Source: Devosia sp. (GTDB lineage: Bacteria > Pseudomonadota > Alphaproteobacteria > Rhizobiales > Devosiaceae). Taken from it: a DNA stretch of 64,000 nucleotides. The position numbers were made by a program, and so were the translations under genes. The stretch is taken from positions 4,288 to 68,287 of the forward strand of contig JAHCJW010000003.1 of assembly GCA_026126125.1 (NCBI GenBank), in the 5' to 3' direction. Positions 19,001 to 28,158 of this stretch are shown in pieces. Under the pieces are notes generated by a model. The model searched no databases, was not told the origin of the DNA, and saw nothing but the letters and a program-made list of their open reading frames with translations. Numbering within the stretch: position 1 is the stretch's first letter; each line of letters begins with the position of its first letter.

Positions 19001-22000
19001 GCACCGGCGGGGCGGCGGGGACGGTCGAAGTGGCCAATCTCGAAGATGGCGAGCTGATCACCGCCGGCTATGGCGCCCATGCCATTCAGGCGCAGTCGGT
19101 GGGCGGCGGCGGCGGCAAGGGCGGGCTTGCCGTTACGGCAATGCTGGGCCTCAGCGGCCAGAGCACCAGCGTCAATGTCGGCGTGTCGGTGGGCGGCAAG
19201 GGCGGCGCGGGCGGCATTGGCAACAGTGTCACCGTCGCCAATGCCGCCGATATCCTGGTCAAGGGTGGCGGCGCCTCGGGCATTTTCGCCCAATCGATCG
19301 GCGGCGGCGGCGGCGATGGCGGCGGCGCGTTCACCGGCCTGGCGACGCTCGCCAATGCCGAAGAGGCGAAGGCGAAAAGCGTCAATATTCAGGTCTCCGT
19401 CGGCGGCGAGGGCGGCAGCGGCAATGTTTCGGGCGCCGTCAGCGTGAAAAACACCGGCGATATCACCACCGGCTTTGTGTCGAAGGGTGTGGTCAGTGGC
19501 TCCGGCTCGCACGCCATATTTGCCCAATCGATCGGCGGCGGCGGCGGGATTGGCGGTCGCGCCAACGCGTTCAACCTGATTTTCGGAAAAAACTGCGAAA
19601 GCCCGGGCGCCTGCAAGGGCGTGGACAATGACAAGAACAATCTGGCCCTTGCTGCTTCTGTGGGTGGCAATGGGGGCGAAGCGGGGCATGGCGCGGCGGT
19701 CAGTGTCAAAAACGAGGGCGATCTGACGACCTATGGCGGGGTTGCGCATGGCATATACGCCCAGTCCATCGGCGGTGGCGGCGGCGATGGCGGCAACGGT
19801 ACTCTGGGCCTTGATGAAATGGTGCCGGACTATGCCGAGGAGATCATCTCGAAGTCATTCGAGCGCTTCGACAAGCTGCCCAATTCGCGGCGTTTCGATA
19901 TCGTGGTGGGCGGCAGGGGCGGCGCCAGTGGCGACGGGGCCGTTGTCGAGGTTCTCAATGCCGGCGAAATCACCACGCATGGCTTGAGCGCCAATGCCAT
20001 TCTTGCTCAATCGATCGGTGGCGGCGGCGGCTCGGGGGGGCGCGCCGTGCAGGGGGAAACCGGCAAGATCGGGGTTGGCGGCGCCGGCAGTGGCGGCGGT
20101 GACGGCGCCGAGGTCCGGATCAGCATTACCGATGACGCGACGCTGACCACGCATGGAAATTACGCCGATGCCATTCTCGCTCAGTCGATCGGCGGCGGCG
20201 GCGGGATCGCGGGCTCGATAACCACCGCCGAAAATGCCGCCGATGTCAGGGGTGTGTCTCTGGTTCTGCGCGGTGGCGATGGCGGTGATGGCGGCGAGGT
20301 GATTATCGATGTCGATGGTCACATCGTGACCACGGGCAGGCGCTCCAACGGCATTTTTGCCCAGTCCATCGGCGGTGGCGGCGGGCTGGCCGGCGATGTC
20401 GGCTCGTTTTATTCCGGCTCGGCGGGCGATGAAGGCGAAGGCAGCGCCGTCACCATCATCCTCGATGGTACGATCAGCACCTCAGGCGATTATTCGACCG
20501 GCATCTTCGCCCAGAGCGATAGCGGCAGCGGCAGCGGCGGCGAGATCGACATCGAGGTGGCGGGCGTGATCGACACCGCCGTCACGGGGCAGGGGGGACA
20601 GACGCCCGTCGGCTCGATCGGCATTCTGGCGCAAAGCACCGGCCCGAAGGGCGGCGACAATATCGCCGTGCACATCGCCGAAGACTCGACGCTGCTCGCC
20701 GGGCGCACCCTGGCCGATGCCAGGCTCGACCAAACCGCCATCGCCCTTATGCTGGTAGGCGGCGCGACCAATACGATCGACAATCTGGGACGCATCGCCA
20801 CGGCCGATGGCGTCAATGGCGGCTACGCCATCCATGCCGCCGCCGACCCCAGGAACACGCCGGCGACAAAGCCGACGCTCACCCTCACCAATGCCGGCAC
20901 CATCACCGGCAATATCGCGCTGGGCGACAGCCTCGGCCGGCTGGTCAACGACACCCATGGCCTGCTCGAGACCGGCCGTATCCTGGCCATGGCCAAGGGC
21001 CAGATCGTCAATGCCGGCACCATCGCACCCGGCGGCGCCGGCGTGGTGATGACGACGGCCGTGGCGGGCGATTTCGAGCAGACCGCCAGCGGCCGATATG
21101 CGCTCGACATCGACCTGGCCAGCCAGGGCAATACCAAACTGTCCGATCGGCTCGACTTTGCCGGCAATGCCAGGCTCGCCGGCGTGGTCGAGGTGCAGTT
21201 CCTCAACACGCCCGTCACGCTGTCGGGCAGCTTCAGTTCCATCATCGCCACGGCCACCGGAACGCTCGATGCCTCGGCCCTCAGCGTGCTCGACCGTCCC
21301 GCGGTGGATTTCGTGCTCGATACGGAAGGTTCGCAGCTTCGGCTCGGCTATCAGGTCGATTTCCGCGGCCAGGCGCTGTTGACCAGCGCCGATACGCTGG
21401 GCGACTATCTCAATGGCCTCGCCCTGGCCGGGCTGCCGCCGGAAATCGAAACCTTCCTGCACGGCCTCGTCGCCATTGGCGATCACGCTGAATACGAAGC
21501 GGCCCTCGCCCGGCTCGAGCCGTCCGACTTCACCGCGACGACCCATTCCACCATGGCGGCAGGGCAGAATTTTGCCAATGCGATGATGAGCTGCAAACTG
21601 GCCGAGGCGCCGGCGCGCTTCGATGCCGAGGGACAATGCGCCTGGACCAGTCTTGATGTCACGCGGGTGAAGCAGGCCGCCTATGCCGACACCGAAGGCT
21701 TTTCCCAGACCAGTCTGGGGCTGATGGGCGGCATGCAGGCGGAACTGCGTCCTGGCATGCAGGCCGGGCTCGGGCTCGGGGTCGAGCAATATTCGACCCG
21801 CATCGGTACTGGCGGCCAGATGGACGGTATCCGGGTGCAGGCGGGCGCCGTGCTCAAGACCCAGATCGACAACACCAGTTTTTCGGCTGCGCTCAATGCG
21901 GGCCTTGCCCATGGCGCGGCCTCGCGTTTCCTCGCCTTGCCCGGCGTCGGATATGAGTTGACCTCCGATCAGCTGGTGAGTTTCGTCTCGGCCAGCGGGC

Positions 22001-22458
22001 GCGTCGCCCACACATTCGAGTTCGATGATGTCTATATGCGTCCCGGGCTCGATATCGGGCTGGGGCACATCACCCGCCATGCCTATACGGAAAACGGCGG
22101 CCCGCTGGCGCTCGATGTCAGCTCCGCCTCCACCACCTATCTGACGCTGACCCCGTCCATCGAGGTCGGTGGCGAATTCGCGCTTGGCGATGCCCTGTTG
22201 CGGCCATTCGCCCGGCTGGGCGTGGTCGAGACGCTGGAGTTGGCCGGCGCCGACGCCTCGGCGCGGTTCATCGGCGCCAACGCCGATGGCGACAGCTTTA
22301 CGACGCCCGACCAGGTGGCCGGCACGCGGCTCGATCTCACCGCCGGCGCCAGCCTGATTTTCGACAATGGCGCGGTCCTGCGGTTCACCGGAGACCTCAA
22401 GCTGGCGCCCCATCTTGAGAGCTATGGGCTCAATGCCAAGCTCTCGGTGCCGTTCTGA
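16060..22458 (+). CDS. Giant autotransporter with a glycine-rich repeat passenger and a C-terminal outer-membrane beta-barrel
   Basis: 2132 aa with a signal peptide (MSRAGKSALAFTLAVLASGVSMPVLAA). By eye there are about 21-23 repeats of a unit containing (A/G)(I/L)xAQS(I/V)GGGGGxGG. The C-terminal ~270 aa show an alternating beta-strand pattern and end in ...KLSVPF. Confidence 0.9.
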   Translation: MSRAGKSALAFTLAVLASGVSMPVLAACVAGANGQMSCSGALAGGIAQTNGPVLVLDVSALTQDISVNGKVGVSFVSPPRNGAIPTKAGQTGGYAQPSGNVVLNFSGGAYSVLTTGSKAIGIYGSSLGGFGADGYDAQFLITSAGHGGGAAAGGDVAIVAAGTISTRGDEAHGIVGESIGGSGGKGGSARGFLWGKAGGGGPAGKGGMVTVTSSATITTLGEDAVGIIAQSVGGNGGRGGDASGWFVSSGGGNPAADGNLVKVNHAGRILTKGEGADGILAQSIGGFGGRGGGASGLVAFGSSGASAGHGGAVDIVNSGSIETEHDMARAILAQSIGGGGGHAGKASRLVAHGASGVHGGNGGAVSIANTGTGSIVTHGEDSDGIYAQSIGGGGGDGSRASGLVGIGGKAGAGGHGGSVTIQNAQSIATHDAESSAIYAQSIGGGGGDGGNAGGLVALGGSGGAGGNGGAVSIASSGALNGQGEQSYGIFAQSIGGGGGDGGRTISGALVVPVNVAVGGSGGDGGDGGVVKVTTTGARTAISTDGDGANAIFAQSIGGGGGNGSMTAAIGVVSPVSIAVSVGGSGGYGGNADTVTVSNGNALTTRGANAAAVLAQSVGGGGGTGGFSFAGTLGALSISTAVGGTGGSGGSAEDVVVDNKGTIRTYGDLSHGLQAQSIGGGGGSGGGAVASSTSVAVSNLSGAIAVAVGGKGGDGNQGAAVEITNTGAIRTGQAATGTRPATGAGAHAILAQSIGGGGGAGGFAGSGALSVGSKGFNFALALGGEGGGGNKSNSVEVDNDGDLVTRGKGAHGIFAQSIGGGGGDGGLGLTATLSVATDIPTARVGIALGGSGGSGGVGDQVWVDNSGSIRTSGDEAYGIKAQSIGGGGGAGGLAVSGMLTASGSGAQIGVAVGGNGGKGDSAGLVNVKNDAAITTQGKDAVALLAQSVGGGGGNGGVSVVGSIMNTSTSSAQIGVSVGGKGGTGGAAGTVEVANLEDGELITAGYGAHAIQAQSVGGGGGKGGLAVTAMLGLSGQSTSVNVGVSVGGKGGAGGIGNSVTVANAADILVKGGGASGIFAQSIGGGGGDGGGAFTGLATLANAEEAKAKSVNIQVSVGGEGGSGNVSGAVSVKNTGDITTGFVSKGVVSGSGSHAIFAQSIGGGGGIGGRANAFNLIFGKNCESPGACKGVDNDKNNLALAASVGGNGGEAGHGAAVSVKNEGDLTTYGGVAHGIYAQSIGGGGGDGGNGTLGLDEMVPDYAEEIISKSFERFDKLPNSRRFDIVVGGRGGASGDGAVVEVLNAGEITTHGLSANAILAQSIGGGGGSGGRAVQGETGKIGVGGAGSGGGDGAEVRISITDDATLTTHGNYADAILAQSIGGGGGIAGSITTAENAADVRGVSLVLRGGDGGDGGEVIIDVDGHIVTTGRRSNGIFAQSIGGGGGLAGDVGSFYSGSAGDEGEGSAVTIILDGTISTSGDYSTGIFAQSDSGSGSGGEIDIEVAGVIDTAVTGQGGQTPVGSIGILAQSTGPKGGDNIAVHIAEDSTLLAGRTLADARLDQTAIALMLVGGATNTIDNLGRIATADGVNGGYAIHAAADPRNTPATKPTLTLTNAGTITGNIALGDSLGRLVNDTHGLLETGRILAMAKGQIVNAGTIAPGGAGVVMTTAVAGDFEQTASGRYALDIDLASQGNTKLSDRLDFAGNARLAGVVEVQFLNTPVTLSGSFSSIIATATGTLDASALSVLDRPAVDFVLDTEGSQLRLGYQVDFRGQALLTSADTLGDYLNGLALAGLPPEIETFLHGLVAIGDHAEYEAALARLEPSDFTATTHSTMAAGQNFANAMMSCKLAEAPARFDAEGQCAWTSLDVTRVKQAAYADTEGFSQTSLGLMGGMQAELRPGMQAGLGLGVEQYSTRIGTGGQMDGIRVQAGAVLKTQIDNTSFSAALNAGLAHGAASRFLALPGVGYELTSDQLVSFVSASGRVAHTFEFDDVYMRPGLDIGLGHITRHAYTENGGPLALDVSSASTTYLTLTPSIEVGGEFALGDALLRPFARLGVVETLELAGADASARFIGANADGDSFTTPDQVAGTRLDLTAGASLIFDNGAVLRFTGDLKLAPHLESYGLNAKLSVPF
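16414..20656 (+). repeat. Intragenic tandem repeat array (about 60-70 codons per unit) encoding the AQSIGGGGG motif
   Basis: Near-identical DNA cores such as gcccaatcgatcggcggcggcggcgg recur throughout, for example near 17220, 17360, 17530, 17716, 18495, 19285, 19530, 19760, 20010, 20185 and 20360. Confidence 0.85.
21639..22458 (+). other. Autotransporter beta-barrel translocator domain (within the 16060-22458 CDS)
   Basis: This is the non-repetitive C-terminal segment beginning around CAWTSLDVTRVKQAAY. It has an amphipathic strand pattern and a terminal aromatic residue (F). Confidence 0.7.
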
Positions 22459-22471
22459 TGCCGGGGCGCTC

Positions 22472-22975
22472 TCAGCGGGCTCGCTCGAGCGCCTCGGCAA
22501 AGCCGAGCATGGCCACCGGCACGCCGACCGCCATGCGCGACACGTCCTCGAAGGTGACGGTCACCTCCCGCGCCTCCCGCAACCGGGCAAGCATGGCGTC
22601 ATCGAGCGCCGCGATGCCGTAACAGCCGCCACCGTCGCAGGTCACCAGCGGAACCTCGAGCAGACTTTCCGCCCCCAGCGACACTGTTACTCCGGCCGGC
22701 AGATAGAGGCCGTGGGGAACCTGCACGCTCAACTCGGGCGTCGCACCTTCTCCGGCAAAGCGAATGGCGAGGGCGGTCAGCAACTGGCCGGTCGCGGCGA
22801 GGACCACGCGCTGTTCCATCTGGCAAATCGGGCTGGCGGTGCGTCCGGAGCTGACGCAATCGGCCGTCCACGGGCCGGCCCCGGGCGAGGCCGCCTCCTG
22901 GGCCAGGGCGCCAGCGGTAAAAATTCCCATGACGGTGATGAATGCGCCAATCCGTCTCAATTCCGGCCCCCCCAA
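22472..22975 (-). CDS. Invasion-associated locus B (IalB)-family periplasmic protein
   Basis: 167 aa with a signal peptide (RRIGAFITVMGIFTAGALAQ). The segments PICQMEQRVV, LSVQVPHGLYLPAGV and LVTCDGGGCY are typical of IalB-like proteins. The start codon is TTG. Confidence 0.75.
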   Translation of the reverse strand: MGGPELRRIGAFITVMGIFTAGALAQEAASPGAGPWTADCVSSGRTASPICQMEQRVVLAATGQLLTALAIRFAGEGATPELSVQVPHGLYLPAGVTVSLGAESLLEVPLVTCDGGGCYGIAALDDAMLARLREAREVTVTFEDVSRMAVGVPVAMLGFAEALERAR

Positions 22976-23133
22976 ATCATTCCATTTAGGCTAAGTCCTA
23001 ACCCGGCGGATGCGCGCTGGAAAGTGTGGCGCCGCGACGAACGCCCTGCCGCCGCAACGGCGCTGGCAGGGCGCTGCATGAACAAGGATGCCCAAGCGTG
23101 GATATGCCGGACCAACGAGTTGCTCCCGAGCTG

Positions 23134-23817
23134 ATGATGAGTGAATTTTGGCGGGGGCTGAAAGTGTCGCTGCCCGTCCTGCTCGGTTTTGTGCCCTTCG
23201 GGCTGGTGCTGGGTTCGCAGGCGGCGGCCAAGGGGCTCTCGACCCTTGATATCACGCTGATGACGGCGTTGAATTTCGCGGGCGGATCGGAATTCACCGT
23301 CATCGATCTGTGGACCTGGCCGCCGACCATTCCGCTGATCGTGGCGCTGACGCTGCTGGTCAACAGCCGCCATATCTTGATGGGCGCGGCGCTGGCGCCC
23401 GCCATGCGCCATCTGCCGGCGCGCAAGGTGCTGCCGGCGCTGGCGCTGATGTGCGACGAGAGCTGGGCGCTGGGTCTCGACGATGCGCGCAAGCGCGGTG
23501 GCGTGCTCAGCCTGCCGTTCTATGTCGGGCTGTCGCTGGGGCTTTATCTCTCCTGGCCGTCCAGCGCCGCCATTGGCAGCATTGTCGGGCCGATCCTGGG
23601 TGACATCACCCGCTATGGCTTCGACATGGCCTTCCCGGCGGTGTTCCTGGTCATGCTCGCCGGCATGTGGCAGGGGGTGTCGGCGGCGCGCCCCTGGCTC
23701 GTCAGTCTCGTGGTCGGCGCCGCGACCTATCTCGCCGTGCCGGGAGCCTGGTATGTTCCAGCCGGGGCGCTGTCCGGCATCGCCGCCGCCTATTTCTGGG
23801 CCCAGTCAAATGATTGA
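23134..23817 (+). CDS. azlC: AzlC-family branched-chain amino acid exporter subunit
   Basis: I trimmed the 23026 ORF to ATG 23134 (MMSEFWRGLKVSLPVLLGFVPFGLVLG). It is a polytopic membrane protein followed by an overlapping azlD. Confidence 0.85.
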   Translation: MMSEFWRGLKVSLPVLLGFVPFGLVLGSQAAAKGLSTLDITLMTALNFAGGSEFTVIDLWTWPPTIPLIVALTLLVNSRHILMGAALAPAMRHLPARKVLPALALMCDESWALGLDDARKRGGVLSLPFYVGLSLGLYLSWPSSAAIGSIVGPILGDITRYGFDMAFPAVFLVMLAGMWQGVSAARPWLVSLVVGAATYLAVPGAWYVPAGALSGIAAAYFWAQSND

Positions 23818-24109
23818 GCCGCTGACCCTTCTCACCATTGTTCTGATGGCCGGCGCCACCTATTTCACCCGCATCGCCGGCTATCTCTTCCTGCGCAATC
23901 GCACGCTGAGCCCGCGGCTCGTCACGGTGATGGAAAGCGCGCCCGGCTGCGTGCTCATCGCGGTGATCGCGCCCAATTTCGTCTCCGGGCGGCCGGCCGA
24001 TGTCATCGCCCTCGCCGTCACCGTGCTGGCGGCGAGCCGGTTGCCGATTCTGCCGACTGTGGTAATCGCCATTCTGAGCGCCGGCCTGTTGCGCGCTCTG
24101 CTGCCCTGA
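23810..24109 (+). CDS. azlD: AzlD-family small membrane protein
   Basis: Start set at ATG 23810 inside the 23483 ORF, giving an 8-nt ATGATTGA overlap with the azlC stop. 99 aa and hydrophobic (MIEPLTLLTIVLMAGATYFTRIAGYLF). Confidence 0.8.
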   Translation: MIEPLTLLTIVLMAGATYFTRIAGYLFLRNRTLSPRLVTVMESAPGCVLIAVIAPNFVSGRPADVIALAVTVLAASRLPILPTVVIAILSAGLLRALLP

Positions 24110-24248
24110 GGCCGCTTGCCTATGGCGATGGCGACGTCGCCTATCGTCCTATGGCTGCTGGGTGCGGATCGATATAGTTTCGCTCTCCGCCCCAGTGGCG
24201 GCCTTGCAATGAAAATCTCGGGCACATGCCCGAACCGGGAGAACGACC

Positions 24249-26516
24249 ATGGTCGCGGACAACAAAACGAGCCAGCACGCTGCGGCGCTGCATTTCCATG
24301 AATATCCCCGCCCGGGAAAACTGGAAATCGTCGCCACCAAGCCGCTGGCCAATACGCGCGATCTGTCGCTTGCCTATTCGCCGGGCGTGGCCATTCCCTG
24401 CGAGGAAATCGCCGCCGATCCGCAGGCAGCCTATAAATACACCTCCAAGGGCAATCTCGTCGCCGTCATCTCCAATGGCACGGCGGTGCTGGGCCTGGGC
24501 AATATCGGCGCCTTGGCATCCAAGCCGGTGATGGAGGGCAAGGCCGTCCTGTTCAAGAAATTCGCCGGCATCGATTCGATCGATATCGAGGTCAACGAGC
24601 AGGACCCCAAGCGCTTCATCGACATCGTGGCGCCGCTCGAGCCCAGCTTTGGCGGCATCAATCTCGAAGACATCAAGGCGCCAGAATGTTTCGAGATCGA
24701 GGAAACCCTGCGCGAGCGCATGAATATCCCGGTCTTCCATGACGATCAGCACGGCACCGCCATCATCGTGGCCGCCGCCGTCATCAACGCCATGAAGCTG
24801 GTCGGCAAGGATATCGGTTCGGCCAAGATCGTCACCTCGGGCGCCGGCGCCGCCGCCATCGCCTGCATGAACATGCTGGTGACGGTCGGCGCGAAACGGG
24901 AAAATATCTGGGTCGCCGACAGCAAGGGCCTCGTCACCCAGGCCCGGCACAACACGGTTGATCGCTGGCGCGGTGCCTTTGCCCAGGACACCGACAAAAC
25001 GGAGCTCAGCGAGGTGATGGAAGGCGCCGACATCTATGTTGGCCTCTCCAAGGCCGGCGCGCTCAAGCCCGAGATGATGAAGGGCATGGCGCCAAACCCG
25101 CTGATCCTGGCGCTTTCCAATCCCACGCCCGAAATCATGCCCGAACTCGCCAAGGAAACGCGGCCAGATGCGCTGGTCTGCACCGGCCGCTCGGACTATC
25201 CCAACCAGGTCAACAACGTCCTGTGCTTCCCCTTCCTGTTCCGTGGCGCGCTCGATTGCGGCGCCACGGTGATCAACGAGCAGATGAAGGCCGCCGCCGC
25301 CTATGCGATTGCCCGCCTGGCGCATGAGCCGGGTCTTGAAGCCTCGGCCCATGGCGTGCCGGCCATTTTCGGCCCGGATTATCTCATTCCCAATCCGTTC
25401 GACCAGCGCCTGATCCTGCGCATCGCCCCGGCCGTGGCCAAGGCGGCGATGGAAACCGGCGTCGCGCGGCGGCCCATCGCCGATTTCGCCGCCTATCACG
25501 ACCAGCTCAACCGCTTCGTCTTCCGCTCGGGCCTCGTCATGAAGCCGATGATCGAGCGGGCGCAGGGGCAGAACAAGCACATCGCCTTTGCCGATGGCGA
25601 GGACGAACGCGTGCTGCGTGCTGCCCAGGTGCTGCTCGAAGACCGCATCGCCCGCCCGATCCTCATCGGTCGCCCCCTGGTGATCGAGAGCCGGCTGGAG
25701 CGCTTCGGCCTCACCATTCGCCCGGGCAAGGATTTCGAGGTCATCAACCCCGAAGACGATCCGCGCTATCGCGACTATGTCGCCGATTTCCACGAACTGG
25801 TCGGCCGCAAGGGCGTCACTCCCGATACGGCCCGCACCATCGTGCGCACCAATACCACGGTGATCGGCGCGCTTGCGGTGCGCCGCGGCGAGGCCGACGC
25901 CTTGATCTGTGGCCTGCAAGGCCGCTTCATCAAGCATGCGCGCGACATTCAATCCATTGTCGGGCTGGCGCCCGAGGCGAGCCAGCTCTCGGCCCTCTCG
26001 ATGCTGGTGATGGGGCGCGGCGTATTCTTCCTCGCCGACACCTATGTCAATATCGATCCAAGCGCCGACGAGATCGTCGAAATCACGCTCCAGGCGCGCG
26101 ATCACCTCAAGCGCTTCAACATCGAGGCGCGCGCGGCGCTGCTCAGCTATTCCAATTTCGGCTCCCGCGAGGGGGCGACCTCGCTCAAGATGCGCGAGGT
26201 CTATGCGCGCCTCAAGCGCGTGGCGCCCGATCTGGTGGTCGACGGGGAAATGCAGGGCGATCTGGCGGTCAATGAATCGCTGCGCGACCGCTACGTGCCC
26301 AATTCGGTGCTGCGCGGAGAGGCCAATCTGTTGATCTTCCCCAATCTCGAGGCGGCCAATCTCTCCATGACCCTGCTCAAGGAGCTGAACAACGCCCTGC
26401 CGGTGGGGCCCATCCTGATGGGCACCAACCAGCCGGCCCATATCCTGGCGCCCTCCGCGACCAGCCGTGGCGTGGTCAACATGGCCGCCATCGCCGCCAG
26501 CGAAGCCATCGCCTAA
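24249..26516 (+). CDS. maeB: NADP-dependent malic enzyme with a C-terminal phosphotransacetylase-like domain
   Basis: 755 aa. The N-terminal malic enzyme region ([10 protein letters not shown]...[16 protein letters not shown]...FGGINLEDI) is followed by a PTA-like C-terminal half. Confidence 0.95.
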   Translation: MVADNKTSQHAAALHFHEYPRPGKLEIVATKPLANTRDLSLAYSPGVAIPCEEIAADPQAAYKYTSKGNLVAVISNGTAVLGLGNIGALASKPVMEGKAVLFKKFAGIDSIDIEVNEQDPKRFIDIVAPLEPSFGGINLEDIKAPECFEIEETLRERMNIPVFHDDQHGTAIIVAAAVINAMKLVGKDIGSAKIVTSGAGAAAIACMNMLVTVGAKRENIWVADSKGLVTQARHNTVDRWRGAFAQDTDKTELSEVMEGADIYVGLSKAGALKPEMMKGMAPNPLILALSNPTPEIMPELAKETRPDALVCTGRSDYPNQVNNVLCFPFLFRGALDCGATVINEQMKAAAAYAIARLAHEPGLEASAHGVPAIFGPDYLIPNPFDQRLILRIAPAVAKAAMETGVARRPIADFAAYHDQLNRFVFRSGLVMKPMIERAQGQNKHIAFADGEDERVLRAAQVLLEDRIARPILIGRPLVIESRLERFGLTIRPGKDFEVINPEDDPRYRDYVADFHELVGRKGVTPDTARTIVRTNTTVIGALAVRRGEADALICGLQGRFIKHARDIQSIVGLAPEASQLSALSMLVMGRGVFFLADTYVNIDPSADEIVEITLQARDHLKRFNIEARAALLSYSNFGSREGATSLKMREVYARLKRVAPDLVVDGEMQGDLAVNESLRDRYVPNSVLRGEANLLIFPNLEAANLSMTLLKELNNALPVGPILMGTNQPAHILAPSATSRGVVNMAAIAASEAIA

Positions 26517-26612
26517 GGCATGTCTGCCGAAATTGGCCCCGGTTTCGGGTCATCCGATGCGTAAACAAGGGATTGGAGCAGCGTGCGTTCGATAGAACGC
26601 GCGCTGCTCCAG
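26517..26612 (+). repeat. Dispersed intergenic repeat, family R, copy 1 (two hairpins)
   Basis: The sequence is ggcatgtctgCCGAAAttggccccggTTTCGGgtcatccgatgcgtaaacaaggg, followed by a 16-bp stem (ggagcagcgtgcgttc gata gaacgcgcgctgctcc, 26575-26610). It lies immediately after the maeB stop. Confidence 0.75.
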
Positions 26613-26715
26613 CCGGAGTGATGCCTTCCTTCCGTTGACAGGACGATGACAGGGAGCCAGCCTAAGTTACTGGCTACGGACGCAACGACGTTCGCCTTGT
26701 TTCTGGGAGGATATC

Positions 26716-27660
26716 TTGAACAAGCTGCTTCTTGCGGCGCTGGTTTCCGGCGCCCTTTCGGTTCCCGCCTTCGCCGCCGATTATGCCATCGTGGCGCCTG
26801 CCGCGCCCGGCGGCGGCTGGGACCAGACCGCCCGCACCATGCAGGAGGCCCTGACGGCCGAAGGCATTTCGGGCAATGTGCAGGTCACCAACGTGCCCGG
26901 CGCCGGCGGCACCATCGGCCTCGCCCAGTTCGTCAATCAGGAAAACGGCAATCCCAACGCCCTGATCGTGGGCGGCTATGTGATGGTCGGGGCCATTCTC
27001 ACCAATGCCTCGCCCGTTACCCTGGCCGAGGTTACGCCCATCGCCCGCCTGACCGGCGAAGCCATCGGCGTCGTGGTGCCGGCCAGCTCCGACATCCAGA
27101 GCGTCGATGATCTCGTCGCCAAGCTCAAGGAAAACACCGGCGCGGTGTCCTGGGCCGGCGGTTCGGCCGGCGGCGCCGACCACATCACGGCCGGCCTCAT
27201 CGCCAAGGCCGTGGGCCTCGATCCGACCCAGGTCAACTACATCGCCTATTCGGGCGGCGGCGAAGCGCTGGCCGCGATCCTGGGCGGTCAGGTGACTGTC
27301 GGCGTCTCGGGCATCAGCGAGTTCGCCTCGCAGATCGAGGCGGGTGAGCTGCGCCTGCTGGCGGTTTCGACCGATACCCGCGTGCCGGGCTTTGACGCGC
27401 CGACCTTGCAGGAAGCCGGTGTCGACACCGCCGTGCAGAACTGGCGCATGATCGCCGCCGCTCCCGGCCTTTCCGACGAGCAGGTGGCGGCCATCAATGC
27501 CGATATCGAGGCCATGGTGAATTCGGCCACCTGGAAGACCGCTCTCGAAACCAAGGGCTGGGTCAATACCTATCTCGCCGGGGACGCCTTCGAGGCCCAG
27601 CTCGCTGCCGATATCGCGGCGACCGAAGCCATCCTGAAAGACATTGGCCTGGTGCAATGA
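26716..27660 (+). CDS. tctC: Tripartite tricarboxylate transporter substrate-binding protein
   Basis: 314 aa with a TTG start after GGGAGG, a signal peptide, and the Bug/TctC-type segments [11 protein letters not shown] and [10 protein letters not shown]. Confidence 0.9.
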   Translation: MNKLLLAALVSGALSVPAFAADYAIVAPAAPGGGWDQTARTMQEALTAEGISGNVQVTNVPGAGGTIGLAQFVNQENGNPNALIVGGYVMVGAILTNASPVTLAEVTPIARLTGEAIGVVVPASSDIQSVDDLVAKLKENTGAVSWAGGSAGGADHITAGLIAKAVGLDPTQVNYIAYSGGGEALAAILGGQVTVGVSGISEFASQIEAGELRLLAVSTDTRVPGFDAPTLQEAGVDTAVQNWRMIAAAPGLSDEQVAAINADIEAMVNSATWKTALETKGWVNTYLAGDAFEAQLAADIAATEAILKDIGLVQ

Positions 27661-28154
27661 GCGCCGGAGCTCCCAACCACACGCGCCGCCCCGATGGGGC
27701 GGCGCTCGTCATCGCGGCGATCCTGGCCGCCATCGCCATCGTCATTTTCTGGCAGACCAGCCAGATGCGGGTGCCCCCCGTGCAACAGCGCGTCGGCCCG
27801 ACGGTATTTCCCTATATCGTCGCCACGGGTCTAGCCCTTCTCTCGGTCGGCACTCTGATCTCGGCCCTGCGCCGGGGTTTTCCGGCGCGGAGCAAGGATG
27901 ATTATGGCCCCATCGCCTGGATCATCGCCGGCCTCGTCGCGCAGATCCTGCTGCTGTCCAGCGCCGGTTTTTCCATCGCCACGGGCGTTCTCTTTGCCTT
28001 CACCGCCAAGGGCTTCGGTCGCGGCCCGCTCTGGCAGACCATTCCCATCGGCATCGTCTTCGCCTTCATCGTCTGGTTCCTGTTCGCGCGCGGGCTGCAA
28101 TTGTCGCTGCCGCGAGGGCCATTCGAGCGGCTGTTGACGACGGGGGCCTTCTAG
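27657..28154 (+). CDS. tctB: Tripartite tricarboxylate transporter small membrane subunit
   Basis: 165 aa with four hydrophobic helices. An ATGA overlap links it to tctC, and it sits between tctC and tctA. Confidence 0.8.
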   Translation: MSAGAPNHTRRPDGAALVIAAILAAIAIVIFWQTSQMRVPPVQQRVGPTVFPYIVATGLALLSVGTLISALRRGFPARSKDDYGPIAWIIAGLVAQILLLSSAGFSIATGVLFAFTAKGFGRGPLWQTIPIGIVFAFIVWFLFARGLQLSLPRGPFERLLTTGAF

Positions 28155-28158
28155 AAAA

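Noticed and set aside
15604-22500. Three very long minus-strand ORFs (15604-17349, 17440-19749, 20482-22500) opposite the autotransporter.
   Set aside because: They mirror the GGC/GGT-rich repeats, with Ala/Pro/Arg-rich products. They have no signal, no motifs and no plausible starts. The plus-strand frame gives a coherent signal peptide, passenger repeats and a beta-barrel.
24218-24233. A 7-bp inverted repeat, TCGGGCA-ca-TGCCCGA, just upstream of the maeB ribosome-binding site.
   Set aside because: It is short and GC-rich, so it is easily produced by chance in this composition. There is no second copy and no adjacent regulator to give it context.
24141-26441. A 766-aa minus-strand ORF opposite maeB.
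   Set aside because: It is an antisense artefact. The plus-strand product is an unmistakable malic enzyme with a PTA-like domain.
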